A DNA stretch of 63,950 nt, the filler included, from Neolecta irregularis DAH-3 (lineage: Eukaryota), in assembly GCA_001929475.1 (NCBI GenBank). It is 16 parts of 16 records of this genome, joined end to end, with 100 filler letters (N's around TTAATTAATTAA, not from the genome) between each part and the next. Parts side by side here need not be neighbours in the genome. Positions count along the whole stretch, not along the records: positions 1 to 14,721 come from LXFE01001212.1; 15 more parts are not named here. The stretch is one strand, 5' to 3'. The position numbers and the translations under genes are program-made. The notes under the pieces are model-generated. The model was not told the DNA's origin, searched no databases, and saw only the letters and a program-made list of their open reading frames with translations. Of the stretch, positions 1 to 13,900 are shown piece after piece (within the stretch, counting starts at the first letter, position 1; each line of letters opens with the position of its first letter).

Positions 1-66
1 GTTATTTCTTTTCCGCCACTTGCTTCATTGGTAAGATATATCCGGTAATACCCCGGATATATCCTT
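1..66. repeat. Dispersed ~65-bp element with hairpin (copy 1; copy 2 at 43615-43675)
   Basis: GTTATTTCTTTTCCGCCACTTGCTTCATTGGTAAG..TATCCGG-TAATACC-CCGGATAT is nearly identical to 43615-43675. Confidence 0.85.
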
Positions 67-446
67 CTTGCCAACCTACCCACAAAGCTTCGTTTTTATC
101 TTGCGATCCTCGAGCTCGTAAGAGTTAGCTAGAAGAACTTTAGCCCCGCTCCAGTGATTGACTGGCATATTAATCCGGGGAAATGAATAATTCCCTTTGG
201 TTGAGATGGTATCCAACGTTGGTGGTCTTACACTCTTTCGCCTTTTGTCATTTCTTTCTTTCGCTTTATCGCTATTCCTGATCTGAGCTGCTTCCAACAC
301 AATTAAGTGTGAGAAGTGTGATTAATCTAGCTAGTCAGACGCTAGCCGGTTTCATCAACCTGCTCTCGTTGTTTACTTTTCACTGTTGTGCTCTTCTTCT
401 TCCTTCCTCCCCAGTCTTATCCTGTGCACTGGCAGCACTGCCCTCA

Positions 447-2226
447 ATGTTCAAACAATGCCTTTTCAAGTTTATGATCTTTCTACCTTCGATCTCACAT
501 TGTCTGGCACAGAGTTCAAACAATATTCAAGTTGTGACAACCGTCAATCTGTCAACCAGATGGTAAAGTTTACAAAATACCATTGCTGACCTGACTGAAG
601 TAATTCAGACAATTGTCCTTCTCATTGCGGACCTGAAGGTGTTTCGACTTGCGGTGGTCCTGTCATTTCTTCAGATAACAGCTGTGGTCCTTCTAGTTCT
701 GGGAACTATACATGTCCGACCAGCCAATGCTGCAGTTCTGCAGGTATGTCAATGACCTTTTGGGCAGATTTTCACTAATTTTAGGTTTCTGGTATAACCA
801 TTTGCCTTTTCCGGCGCTGATAACAGTGGAACTTCTCAACAGTACTGTTCGACGTGTAATGGATGTCAACTAGCATTCGGAATCTGCTCTGTTGAAAACT
901 GCGCACCGAATAGCATTAGCCCTGTTTCCAATGTTCCCTCGAATAACAATCAAATCGCCACCCCGATAGGATCTTCTACCTCAACTAACCCTCAGCAAAG
1001 TGCCACTCCCACGGGATCTTCTGCCTCAATTAACACTCAACAACAAAATGGCACCCCTGTGGGGCAGTCTGGCTCCTCGCCTACTCAGCCTTGCTGCGGT
1101 CCTCCCACCCCGATACCTTCGAAAACATCATCGCAAGTCCTGGGTGTAACTCCCTGTGCATTTGCAAATGGATATTGTCCCAATGGTCAAACCACAGAAA
1201 ATATTCCTAGACCTGAAATAGGGAGTATTCCATATGGCGTATGCATCTACCATTGCGTCAACCCCGGAGACATTGCGATTACGGTACGAAAACATTCTTC
1301 CAATAGTCAGTGACAGAAAGTTTGATGGCGGTCCGACTGAATACACCGCAGCAATCTTAGATGCCGTCAAAGACTACCCAGGGGCCAAGTTTACCTTTTT
1401 CATTGTCGGAGACAATGCTGGTGATAGTGCGACCTCATCCTGAAATTGTTTCTCATTAAACAGCAACTCATGAGAACGTCATATTACGAGCTTTCAAAGA
1501 GGGCCATCAACTTGCATCTGGAACGTAGCATACTCCATCCTACGCGCTTCTCATTATCAGATGGTCATATGCAAACCTCTCTACCTTGACGGTTCCCGAA
1601 ATAAGACAACAAATGGTATCTCCAACCTCGGAAATCTGGCTCACTGCGAAGATTTATAACGAAATGGCCATAAGGAATATTTTAGGATCTTTCCCAACTT
1701 ATATGCATCCACCATATGGTTATTGTGATCAAGAATGTCAAAATACTATGCGAGGTCTTGGCTATCATGTCATTATTTACGATATCGATTGTATATCCCT
1801 ATTTATTCCGTCTGGGCTGAACGGCAACAGCCAAAGATAAAGATCTCAGTTCAAATTCGATTCAATCGTCTCAGAGTGTTTATGAAACGGCAATGGAAGG
1901 TTCAAATCCTCTAACCCAAAGTTTTCTTGCTTTAAATCATGATACAAATGCTTATACCACTTATGTATGGTTCTCGTTGAACGATCCGACTAACTGTTTT
2001 GAATGTTACGCCATGGCTTCTCGAGTATGTTACCAAGAAAGGATATAACCCAGTTACAGTCGGGAAATGTCTTGGTGATTCTCCTGACAACTGGTACCGA
2101 CAGGACCAGAATGCGACGTTCTTTGCCCCCAGGAACACATGTGGATCTGCCGGCTATAAGATCAACATTTCCACGGCTGCAGTTATCTTCACACTGATAG
2201 TCGGACTAGTCAGCTATATCTTATAA
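447..2226 (+). CDS. Secreted, likely GPI-anchored hevein (CBM18) + CE4/NodB chitin-deacetylase-like protein with degenerate active site; multi-exon
   Basis: Signal peptide MFKQCLFKFMIFLPSISHCLA; Cys-rich CGP..CPTSQCCSSAG..YC..GCQLAFGIC; S/T linker; CE4 motifs IAITFDGGP, AKFTFF, GHQLASGTWSY, PTYMHPPYG, LALNHD, GYNPVTVGKCLGD; hydrophobic C-terminal tail. Confidence 0.85.
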
Positions 2227-2824
2227 CAAATATTTTTGTTTGGCATAAAAGTTGCGGTTTTATTTGCGGCGGTATATTCACTGGACTACTTTGATATATG
2301 AGGCATTGGATAGAAGAGACATCTAGATGACTTCAGTGCCATTTGGAGAATGTAATGAATGATATCCAATATTTTTGTTTCTTCTAAATTTCATGAAAAT
2401 TATGATATCTTCCTACCGATGAAAAGGTAGTGACTAGAGTAACTGTTTTTAACATAAAAGTGTTGCGGAGCGTCAGAGAGTGCAACTCCTGAGAGCTGCG
2501 GCATCCTCCGATTTCCCAAGTACGAGATCCATGGTGGTAATTGAGATAAGCTGAGACTGGGGGAGACGGTAGTGGCAAGGATTCCAAAAATTGAATTGGT
2601 GTAAGTCCGGATCGTATTACTTTACCGTTGTTCTGGCTATCGATTTCTCGATCCGACACAGCTCTCCAGCGCGGTTTGGGCGATTTGGATAAAAGGAGCA
2701 GAGGGATAAAGTGTATAGTGTAGTATTTTGTTTCAAAATTAGTTTTGTTAATCCACAGAGAAAATATTTCAATGCGGTTCACGATTAGTTGTCCTCTGAA
2801 ATTAAAAATATGCAAACACAATTC

Positions 2825-4498
2825 CTAAACGCCAGTAGATGATCTTAACAAAGAATCTCTCTCGTTAAATACTTCTTCTCGATTCATTTTGATCTGTTCT
2901 CTAGTCTGCGTGTATTCCTTGAGAAAGATCGATAATGTAACAAGTAACGCAGCACCATTCAGTGCTGCCATAACGAAGAACGGCGCTCCTGACCCGATTC
3001 TGTCAAAAAGTACACCTCCGACTTTTGTAACGACAATTATACCGCATCCACCTTGTATTCAGTTATGAATAAACGCCGTGTACCGATTAAAGAGTAGGCT
3101 CCAGCCACTGAACCTCGTATTTTTTCATCGACCCATTCTCCAGTGCATAAACTCAAGCTAGAAACAATGGAGCCAATTTGAGTAAGACCTTGTTATTAGC
3201 GTATGACAAGGTCAAGTTTGATACCAGCAAAGATAGAAAAAACAAACGCCTGTCTACTGTATGGCGAACTAGTCATACCAAACCCCACAAACCCAATAAT
3301 TCCTAGAAGAAAATTTGCTGCCAGTATTACATTGCGGTTGAACAGATCGCAGAGATAACCAAACATTGGAGCGGCAAGTAGCGCAAGAAGCTGCGAAGTT
3401 CCAGTTAGAGCAGCTGCCAGAGTATACGCTTTTCTACAGGACTAAAAATCAGTAACTAGATATGATTCGTTGAAATTAGTACGTTTTCAACAAGTTCAGG
3501 GTGCGTTGGAGAAGTATCACACAGTCCGTGATCTTTAAACCATTGATTGACAAACAATGGTATGAATAAAGCTACAACCACACTATCTGCTCGAGCAATG
3601 AAACCGCCAATGTAAGCGGAGGCGACTCGAGTATCTTTTGCCGCTGTGAAACCGCGGATCATAAGTCTCAAGTATCTCGTAGTAGTACTTCCTGAAGTAG
3701 GAGTCCTTCGTTCATTCATCCATTTCGCCAGCGACTTGTTGGGATCTTTCCGAAGCGCTAAGAAGAGGAATATTGAAGCTGCGAGAGAGATCGAACCGGT
3801 GACATAATACGAATTGGTAATTGCCTCACTTGGTGAATATCCTCGTTTTGCAAAGAGACTTGGCAGAGGTAGTAAAACCAAGACTGCAAGAAGTGCTCCC
3901 AACCCCGTCGAGAACCCTACGATTCCAGATAATTTGCCATTTTGGGCTTTCGCTTCCAGGACTTCTTCTGCGCTTTCATGAGGATCGATGATGTTATAGA
4001 CAGAAATTTGAGGGAGAATGGCAGTGACCATACTGGCGCATGCTGAAGCGCCCAAAGCGAAAAACAGACGGAGCAAGACGAGGTGAGGATATACTTTTGA
4101 TGCATGGGTGAATGAGAAGAGAGATAAGCCGACTATGAGAAAGCCGGCCGATGCGATAGGTCGAGGAGCGATTTTATCTGAAAGCGTCCCCCAAACTATT
4201 ACTCAGCTTGAAATTCTCTATTATAGGAATACTAGCGACTGCAAAGAGGGAAAATATCTCATCTGCCATACCAAGATTACCGATAATATCACCAACTCCA
4301 TGTCGCACTTGGAGGATGTCGGTCACGACAAAGCTCTGTGGATCAGCAATTTAGTTTCCCTAAGCCACATACGACTGTTGCATTGAGAAAAACGATAAAA
4401 GTGATAGAAAACAGACAGTGGACTAGGTATGCAGTGAAGTTGAGTATCGATGCAGAAGGCGCCAGATGCAAAAGTTTTCGAATTCCAGACCCAGACAT
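2825..4498 (-). CDS. MFS transporter, multi-exon
   Basis: Many TM segments; WGTLSDKIAPRPI motif-A-like loop; RLFFALGASA; GGFIARADSV; FGYLCDLFNR. Confidence 0.8.
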
Positions 4499-5632
4499 GA
4501 AATATTGGCTTACGAAAGTAGAACAGAATGGAAAGATAATGACTTGAGTTGGCTTATGGTAGAATGAAAAAAGTGGAGATGGATTCCACAGTTCAACAAT
4601 CGTGGCTTCAAAATATCTGCAGTTTTCCTTGATTGGCGTACAATATGATCAACACTTAAAAAGACGGTGATACTTTTATTAATTCGGGCCATTTAACGTT
4701 TTTGATACTGCTTTTGAGATATTTTTCATGTATTTTGTTGGTTTCTTTGCAATAAGGGAGACCTGGCAAGCACCAATTCGTCATTTATCCCACAGAAAAT
4801 GTCAAACATCTCCCGGACAATTCGCAACATTCGCAGGATAGGCTTGAGAGTTTTAAATATTGATGCTTCTCATGCTGATAGAATAGGAAGCTGCGCGTCA
4901 ACTGTTTTTTACTATTGGTGATACCAAAGCCGGAACTTTAGTTGGTGTAGATAGGTTAAATCTCTTCTCTATCGTGGATTGATGGTTAGGTTTGGAAATA
5001 AATTCTTTGAAAATCAGACAGAAGAACTTCCGCGTATGCAATTAAGCAAAATGCAAGGCTGACAGATAGTCCGTGATCGGTGGGTGGATTATAAACTCTA
5101 CTACTACGATAGTTCCCAGGTCGATCCTGGATGGTCTGCGCTTCTGCTACCTGCAATACTGATATCTCAAGGCATGCCTGGTCTGTTCATATGGTAACCG
5201 ACCCTCCAAACAAAGATATTACACTGCAACCCGAGCAAAAACCATGGCATCCAGGTCCAGTCGATAACAAAACTATGAGCCCGGCAGCGTACAAGTGTTA
5301 TTCTACTGTCAAACCAAAGATCGCAGCCTGGCAACCTCGCACCGCTGAAAGAATTGTCCAAAAGCCAAATTCTTATATTCACACATAGCAATTCTTAAAG
5401 TACATTGATAATTCCAATACACATAATTTGTGACCCCATTCTAAGGCGGGGTCGACTGCCTCTTTAATTCTCCACTCAAATTTCGATCGTACATTCCTAT
5501 TCATCTCCTTCGTATAAAAGTTTCCTTTGGCATTTAAACTCTGAACCGCTTTAATTCCTGTTCTAACTAGACCAATTGCTTCAAGTCACGAGTGAAACAT
5601 ATTTATCGCCTACATCAACAACGGTACAACAA

Positions 5633-8600
5633 ATGGGTGGATTGGCCTGTCGTGGCCCTCTTTGGCAAGGCCAAGATTTCAGCAATTGCTTCAGAAAAAA
5701 GTACTCGCATTGTATACCTGTCTGACTTGGCAGCTATATTTTTTTCTTCTTCCCTGTTCTCTTTGCGGGTACTTCTCTTGCAATATTGCTCCTTTCGAAT
5801 CTCGTATGTGCCTACAAGTCAGCCTCGAAATGGAGATACTCAAGAATCTCTCAGGATGACGATGCGGATGCAGATATCTCTTCAGATAACACTTTAATTG
5901 AAGATTATGGAGATGATATTATCGATCAGATCGACGATCAGCCCAAACTCCAAATCCTCATCACTGCTCTTGAAACTCTTTGCGCCGTTGCACAAGTTTC
6001 CGTTTTTCTCGCAGCTTTTGTGATTAGACACTGCCATTTTAACTTTAGACTGCTTTCCCAAGTGATCGTCTGGGTATTTCTATATAACAGAAACATTGCT
6101 GACTGCAGGGATATATCCTAGCTTTGGTCATAGCCAGACTTCACATTTCGCGATATCGCACTACATCAAGTTTATGGATTCATACAACAATTTTGTATTT
6201 GCTCAACTGGCCGCTGGCCTTCTTTGCATTGCGATCTACTGCAATCAGGCGTCACGAAACGCTATATCTAGGACTCTCTATGGCAAACCTCTTGCTAAAT
6301 TCAATACTTGCCCTGATTGCATTGACAACGCCAGGAGGCAATAGTATGTCGAAGAGGCACTCTGTAAATGGCCTTACACCAACTCGGGTATTCTTGCATT
6401 TTGTGAGCTATGCTTATGGAATTCAGGAACCCACCGCCAGTTTACTCTCGCTTGCCACTTTTAGTTGGGTTGATTCACTCGTATGGAAAGGATATTTTCA
6501 AACACTTAATCTACCCGATGTCTGGGATCTCCGTTATGATGATCGTGCTACTTATGTAATACAGAAATATCGCAAGTGCAAGTATACTTTTTCTCCAAGG
6601 ACACGTTTAACGCCCTTAGGCAATATACATCACTTGCATTGACCTTGTTGCAGCATTTCGATTTAGAATTGCTTCAGCAGGCAATTTGGGCTTCGCTTTA
6701 TTCTCTTCTGACATTTGCACCGACACTTCTCCTAAAGCAAATCCTTTTGTATGTCGATAATCCAACTTTTGCTTCACGCGGTGTCGCGTGGATGATGATT
6801 GTCGGGTTGCTCTTCTCAAGTGCGGCTAGTTCATTCGCAAATGGACAAGCACTTTGGATCGGTCGACGAATCTGTATTCGTCTACGAGCGATAATTATTG
6901 GTGAAATATATTCCAAGGCTCTCCGACGACGAGATGTTGCTGCTTTAGCAAACTCTGACGATGATCACAAAATGAAGAAGAATAAGGATGAGGATGCCTC
7001 ACCAGCGAACAACGGAGCAATCATCAATCTAATGGCTGTTGATGCCTTTAAAGTCTCGGAGATCTGCGCCTACTTGCATTTTCTTTGCGCAGGTATTCCA
7101 CTGCAATTGATTATTGCTATCATACTTTTGTACAGTCTATTAGGTTGGAGCGCTTTAGCCGGTGTCTTGACCATGGTAACTTTCCATTTTATCCCCTTTA
7201 TAACAATTAAAGGCTGTTTTATTCCCCTTTCAGTATATGTTGACTTCTCGTTTCGATAAAATACAGGATAATTTGATGTCTGCCACCGACAAGCGTATCA
7301 ATAGAGTGAATGAGATCATGCAGAGTATTCGAATCATCAAATTCTTTGCCTGGGAAGATCGATTTGTTCATCTTGTCAATGAATGTCGAAATAAAGAACT
7401 CGCGTATCTTCGAGCCCGATTCTTCAACTGGGCTCTCTACGGGGTTATTTGGTACGGAACACCAGTATTGATCACGATTGCATCGTTCGCTTCATATACT
7501 AAACTTGCACATCGAGAGCTCACTGCCCCTATTGCCTTTACAGCCTTGTCTTTGTTCAATATTCTACAGCAGCCACTCAGTCAACTGGCCGATATAGTCA
7601 CTAGCGTCATTCAGTCCAAAGTCTCCCTCGATCGTGTTCACACTTTCCTCCAGGAAGAAGAGACTTCCAAGTATGAACAGCTAAAAGGAAACCGTGCTCG
7701 GGTAGATGCTCAAGGTCGACCTTTAATCGGGTTTACCAATGCAACTTACACTTGGGCAAGCCAGACCGAAGTTGAACGATACGGTACATTACACCAAGGT
7801 GCAACTTTCCAACTTCGTAATCTCAACGTTCGTTTTCCGTCTGATCAGCTAAGTTTGGTGGTCGGACCGACGGGCTCTGGAAAAACTTCTTTATTGATGG
7901 CATTGTTGGGCGAAATGACTTTGCTTAAAGGAAGTGGAAACTTGCCAGGTCTATTGGATCGCGAGGAGTCCGTTCCAGATCCACTTACTGGTGTAGCAGA
8001 ATGTGTTGCTTATTGCGCCCAACAAGCTTGGTTGTTGAATGATACAATCAAGAACAATATCCTTTTCGCCTCACCTTTCGACGAAAAACGATATCGAGAG
8101 GTTATTGCGGCATGTGCCCTAACGAGAGACCTTCAAATACTCGATGCTGGAGACGATACCGAAGTCGGCGAAAAGGGTATTGCGCTTAGTGGCGGCCAAA
8201 AGCAACGAATATCTTTGGCTCGAGCGCTTTACTCTCATTCCAGATACATTCTCCTTGATGATTGTCTCAGTGCCGTTGATTCTCACACCGCGAAATGGAT
8301 ATATCAATATTGCATCAAGGGCAACCTCATGGAAAACCGGACTATAATCCTCGTTACGCACAATGTCAGTCTCTGTCTTCCCCAAGCTGATTACGTTGTT
8401 GCTATGAGGAATGGGGCCATCGTTGGTCAAGGGGAACCCCAGGAAGTGTTGATGTCTGGTGTTCTCGGAGATCAAGAAGAAATCATGCCTTGCAGTTCCC
8501 GAGACCCAAGGATGCCACCATCTCAAGTGCCTTCACGTTTACCATCATATAATCAGATTTCTGACTGCATTGAGGCTCAAGAAGGTGTAAAGGCTGAAGC

Positions 8601-10765
8601 CCTTGAGTCTAAAAAGGACGAAGAACGAAAAGTAAACGCTTCGAGGTTAGTTCAGGATGAAACAAAGGCCGAAGGTTCCGTTGGATGGGATATTTACAAA
8701 ATATACATTCAAGCAGTTGGTGGTTGGCTGTTCTGGACTATCCTGGCCATTGGTTTTGCCATTCAACAGGGTGCTAGTATTGCACAAACTTTTTGGGTTC
8801 GAGAATGGGCAGCTCAGTACAAATCTGCAGATATCGCTCGAGCAACATTTCATCATGGAAGTTATGCTGTTGATAGTATGACCATGTCGAGTAATTTTCG
8901 AATTCAACATAATCATCATTTTCTTCCAGGAACTCCGCAACCCTCCCATCCTGCTGAAGTTGATATCAACTATTACCTCGGTGTCTATGCAGCACTCGCT
9001 ATGGCTTATATCATCGTTACGTTTATTCGAATGGGTATCATGTTTTGGGGAAGTATAAATGCCTCTGTGGATCTCTACAACAGACTTCTCCATTCAGTCA
9101 TGGGTGCTAAAATCCGTTTTTTTGACTCAACACCACTTGGTCGTATCATGAATCGCTTCTCAAAAGATATTGAAACAGTTGATCAGGAATTGGCTATTAC
9201 AGCTTTAGGTCTCCTTCATGATATGCTAGGAACACTTTCTGTTGTAATTTTGATCTCAGTCATTACGCCTGGTTTCCTGGTCGCCGGGTTATTCATTACG
9301 GCCTTGTATGCGGTCATTGGAACATTTTACCTTCGTGCATCTAGAGAACTGAAAAGACTGGAAAGCGTTAGTCGAAGTCCAATTTACCAGCACTTTGGCG
9401 AAACATTAGTGGGTGTCAGTACCATTCGAGCTTACGGAGATTCACGGCGATTCATAAAGGATAATTTGTCAAAGATTGACGCTAACAACAGACCGTTTAT
9501 TTATCTTTGGGTACGAAGCATTTGAATCAAATTAATTTCCAGGCTTGTAATCGGTGGCTGAGCATTCGGGTCGATATTGCTGGAGCTTTCGTCTGTTTCT
9601 TCTCCGCAATGTTTGTTCTCTTGAACAGTGATAGGCTTGATGCTGGATTAGCAGGGCTGTCTTTGACTTATGCTATAACTTTTACTGGTATGTTTTTCAT
9701 AGCGCTGATCCTTGAGTGACCTTTAAGATCATGTGTTGTGGGTCGTTCGATTATACGCAGCCAATGAAATGAATTTCAATTCAGTCGAACGAATTCGCGA
9801 ATTTTTAGACATTGAACAAGAAGCCCCTCAAGAAATCCCGGAGAAGAAGCCTTCCAAAAACTGGCCTGATAAAGGCGCCATCTCAGTTCGAAACCTTGTT
9901 CTTGAATATGCTTCAGATTTACCGCCGGTTATCAAGGATATTTCGTTCAATGTCGAAGCTGGAGCCAAGGTGGGCATTGTTGGTCGAACTGGCGCTGGAA
10001 AATCTACGATTGCTGCGGCATTCTTCCGATTTTTGGAAGCTAAACAAGGAACAATCATTATCGATGGCGTTGACATCTCTGAAATTGGATTGCAAGATTT
10101 AAGACAGCGACTCACAATCATCCCGCAAGATCCCACGTTGTTTACTGGCACCATTCGCAGTAATGTCGATCCCTTTGATTCCTTCGACGATGCAGAGATT
10201 TTTGAATCTTTGCGACGTGTCCATCTCATTGAAAGCTCTCCTGCTGCTATGGACGGCCAGAATATCAACATTTTCCTGAATCTTGAATCTCCCGTTGCTG
10301 AAGGAGGTGGAAATCTATCGCAAGGTCAACGACAGCTCCTTTGTCTTGCCAGAGCTTTGTTGAGAAGAAGCCGTATTGTCATCATGGATGAGGCAACTGC
10401 TTCTGTCGATCATAATCTCGATGCAAAAATTCAGCAGACCATAAGATCCGAGTTTGCTAGTTTTACCATTATAACAAGTATACATGGTCTTGTCTTTTTT
10501 CTTTACTAAAGTCTAGTTGCACATCGTCTGCTATCTATTATCGACTACGACAAGATCATAGTGCTTGATCAAGGAGAACTGAAGGAGGATGACCATCCAT
10601 ATCGTCTTCTTCAAAACGACGATTCAATATTTAAGGCACAATCCCTTGCCCTGAGCATCTTTTCTGACATGCTAGTCTATGTGCGAACAAAGTGGTGAAT
10701 ATGAAACTTTGGTAGACATGGCCAAAAGAGCATATCAGAGAACTCTATTGGTAGACATTGAATAA
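5633..10765 (+). CDS. YBT1: ABCC/MRP-type ABC transporter (Ybt1/Bpt1-like vacuolar bile-acid/conjugate transporter), multi-exon
   Basis: NBD1 [31 protein letters not shown]2 [41 protein letters not shown]-terminal [18 protein letters not shown] after splicing. Confidence 0.9.
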
Positions 10766-10978
10766 TCGCGCGACGGCTTTCATATACATGATGACTCTCC
10801 GTCGTCCTTTGTTTGATGATATTTTATAAGACCATTACTGTAGGTGGGGCTTCATTATTGGGGGTGGGCATCTACAGTATAGACGGCGATTTTTCTTTGC
10901 AAAAAGGTAGAGGCCATTTGTTTCTCTTAAATATATTTCATATCGCTAGCTAGGCGCTAGTATCAACCAAATCAGTAC

Positions 10979-13900
10979 CTAGAAAGTCGTTCGCCGATTA
11001 TTTCAAAGGTTTTAACAAGCTCTGGTTCACGGCACATATAAATATCACGATAATGAGAAAAATATCTAAACTCTGATATAAAAGATTATGGTAAGAATGG
11101 AAAATGGCGAGAACAAGGCACATTGCATTCATTCGAGTGCTTTTGTAACTTGCCAAATGTTCAACAACATCTCTGCAATAGCTTTTCGAAAGTCATCCGA
11201 GGTTGGGTCGGTTCTTTGAATCTGCCTAGATATATCATCGAGGTGATCTATATAATGATTTCTCAATTTCAGTGTGTGAGCGATGGCATCACAAAGGTGG
11301 CTCTATACATCAACCGAATTTTCCTAGAGAAAGAAGCAAACATTCATGGCAACAAACCAAGGTACCAAACAAGATGCTATAGTGTTGACGAGGTTTACAG
11401 ATGGTGCACTGAATGTGTTATCAAGAAGCGCGAGGAATGACTGTTCAACTAAATTATCCGGCAGTGGATGCCCGCTGGTCACAATTTGACCAAGGAAAAA
11501 AACCGATATGTAGCCGTGGTGCGATATTTGAGAATCCCAGGAGGCAGTATGCTGAATAGATGTTTGGAACAATGGAATAACAATCGTAGGCGGAAGGCGG
11601 TGAATTATTGAGGTGTACTTTCTTGTTATATCGGCAATTAATCTTGCGTACGATTGAGCGATCTCTTGGACCTGTAAATAAATAATCAGTTGGTAAGTCT
11701 ATCGCGGGATGACCTGATGAATTTTGTTCGTGACCAATGGGAAGAGAACCGCGAGTCCCTGGACAGAGACATCAACCGCAGTTGGAGAAACCTCTGAAGG
11801 TTTTTCTGGATTCTCGTTATCAGAAAGAATGACTGTACTGATGATTTTCGTGATATATTCAACGTCTTCATAAGCGTCCAGGTCACCCGAGTCGTAAAAA
11901 TCACTTCCTTGCTCTGTAATGTTCGTCAGAACGATACAAAGAAGGTATGTACCGCTTCGAAATTGATAAAATGCAACAAGCAATTTAATGATTACTCTAT
12001 AAAGTGCAGACCGAGCTTTAATTTCAAATTGCATCGATTCATAGGACCGGAGGACGGTATAAAATAAAGTTAATATTGACATGATGACTTCCGGCGCCGA
12101 CGAAAAGCATTGAAAGACCTCAATAATAGACGACAGTCTAATCCAAAGGAATTCAAAGATTTGTTGGAAAGTTCGAGGTTGACAACCTCGACTAAGACCT
12201 TCGAGCATCTAAAAGTCAATTTTACATTACCAATATGACGATATACTTCGATTGCATTGATTGCTTGGTTTATTGAGGTTATGTCCATTTCTTTCTTCTG
12301 AATTTGGTCATAATATCTTTTGATGTTGTTTATGATCGCTTCGAGATAACGATATCCGACAATTGTGTATGCATTACCAGAGGAAAAAAGTGTAAGAGCT
12401 TCGATAAATTCACTCTATATAAGGTTTTCGTCACAAAAGTTATCATACGCATGAGTAAGATCAGGTAGGGTTGATAGTTTTGATAGAACCAATCCCAAAA
12501 GATGTTCAAATCTCTCTATTGACATTGAGTTGATACGCTAGGAGGAAATATACCATGTGAAAGAAAAATATCACAAAGAGCAGGCTGGCTGGCTATCGAC
12601 CGTAGCGTTTTCGCGATCAAACATTTGTCAGCCTCTGAGTTTCAGAGTTATTACCTGATGTATGAGCTCTCGTTCACCCGGCCAAAGCAAAATAACTCTT
12701 TCCACTTGAATCAAAATGAACGCAACAAGAGAACTTCTCTGCTCGACAATGAAGTCGCTACTGAGCCATGAGAGACTCCAGCGCTCAATCCACCACCACA
12801 GAGTCTCGATAAGTTTTGGACTTTGACAAGCATCGGGTAATGAATCTCCAAGAAGAAATTCTAACAACAAGAGAATTGTCTTGGCAAGTTCCATTGCAGT
12901 GCTTTGGTAATCCAGCAACTGTCGAGGTGGCGTTAGGAATTCTCCCTCAAATGAGTCGTCCGCAAGGATATATCCGGATATCATGACAGCCCAGTGAGCC
13001 TGCTCATGGACTTTTGCGAATCGATCGTATTCGTCAAGGAAACTTGATGTTCCTGGGCTTAGTAATATACCAGTTCTCAAAATTACCGTCTCTGTTGATT
13101 TGGATTAGTTGACGATATTCTATAACCAACATAGTCATTGTTTGAGCGAGTGACAGCAGTAAATCTGAAGGTGATTCTCGAGCCAGAGTCGCAAGTATGG
13201 TGAATTCCTCCTCATTTGATTCCTGAAAGTTGAGAAACAGTGGCATTCGATTCACATACCCAGTCTTTTGTCTCCAAATACTGGTCAAGTTCACCACCCT
13301 CCGTTGCTAACCGCAAGGCCTTATCTAAGCGACAAACAAGGTAAAAGCTAACTATATCTTTTGTTAAATCCTTAAAATAGGTTCGAGTATCAATATTTGC
13401 ATAGACCAAACTTTCGGAAATTTGCAACCACATTTTCCCGAATTGGACAAATGCAAGCCAAAAGTGTTCCTCTTCGCATTCTTCACATTCTGAACAAGCT
13501 TCACGAATTGTCCATGTAAATGCTCTACATACATATCCAAGGAATGAGAACATGTCAGTTGTCAATATGGGGTGGCATTCTGCCGGAAGCCCGAGAAACA
13601 ACGCTCGTGTTAATTCGGCCAAGAAGGATGTATGTGAACCAACTTCTTTGGGCGTTGAGATCGATGAGACGAGATTGATGAGAAGCTGGCCGAGGTGAGC
13701 TATGTGTAAGTGAATATGGGTCATAAGGGCAAACGAATGAAGGCCTGGATGTAGTGGGTTTGGGACTCTGGATTAAGAACAATCTCTCCTCGCAGATGCA
13801 CGAGGCGTAGTAAACATACACGAGCGCTTGGTGTGACATATGCCGAGGTTTCAACGAGTCGATTATATGTCTGTTCGTCAACCGACGAGAGTATTTTAGA

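Noticed and set aside
8119..10271. Antisense ORFs within the ABC transporter (and similar ones in VPS16 and GT2)
   Set aside because: Shadow ORFs opposite well-supported genes.
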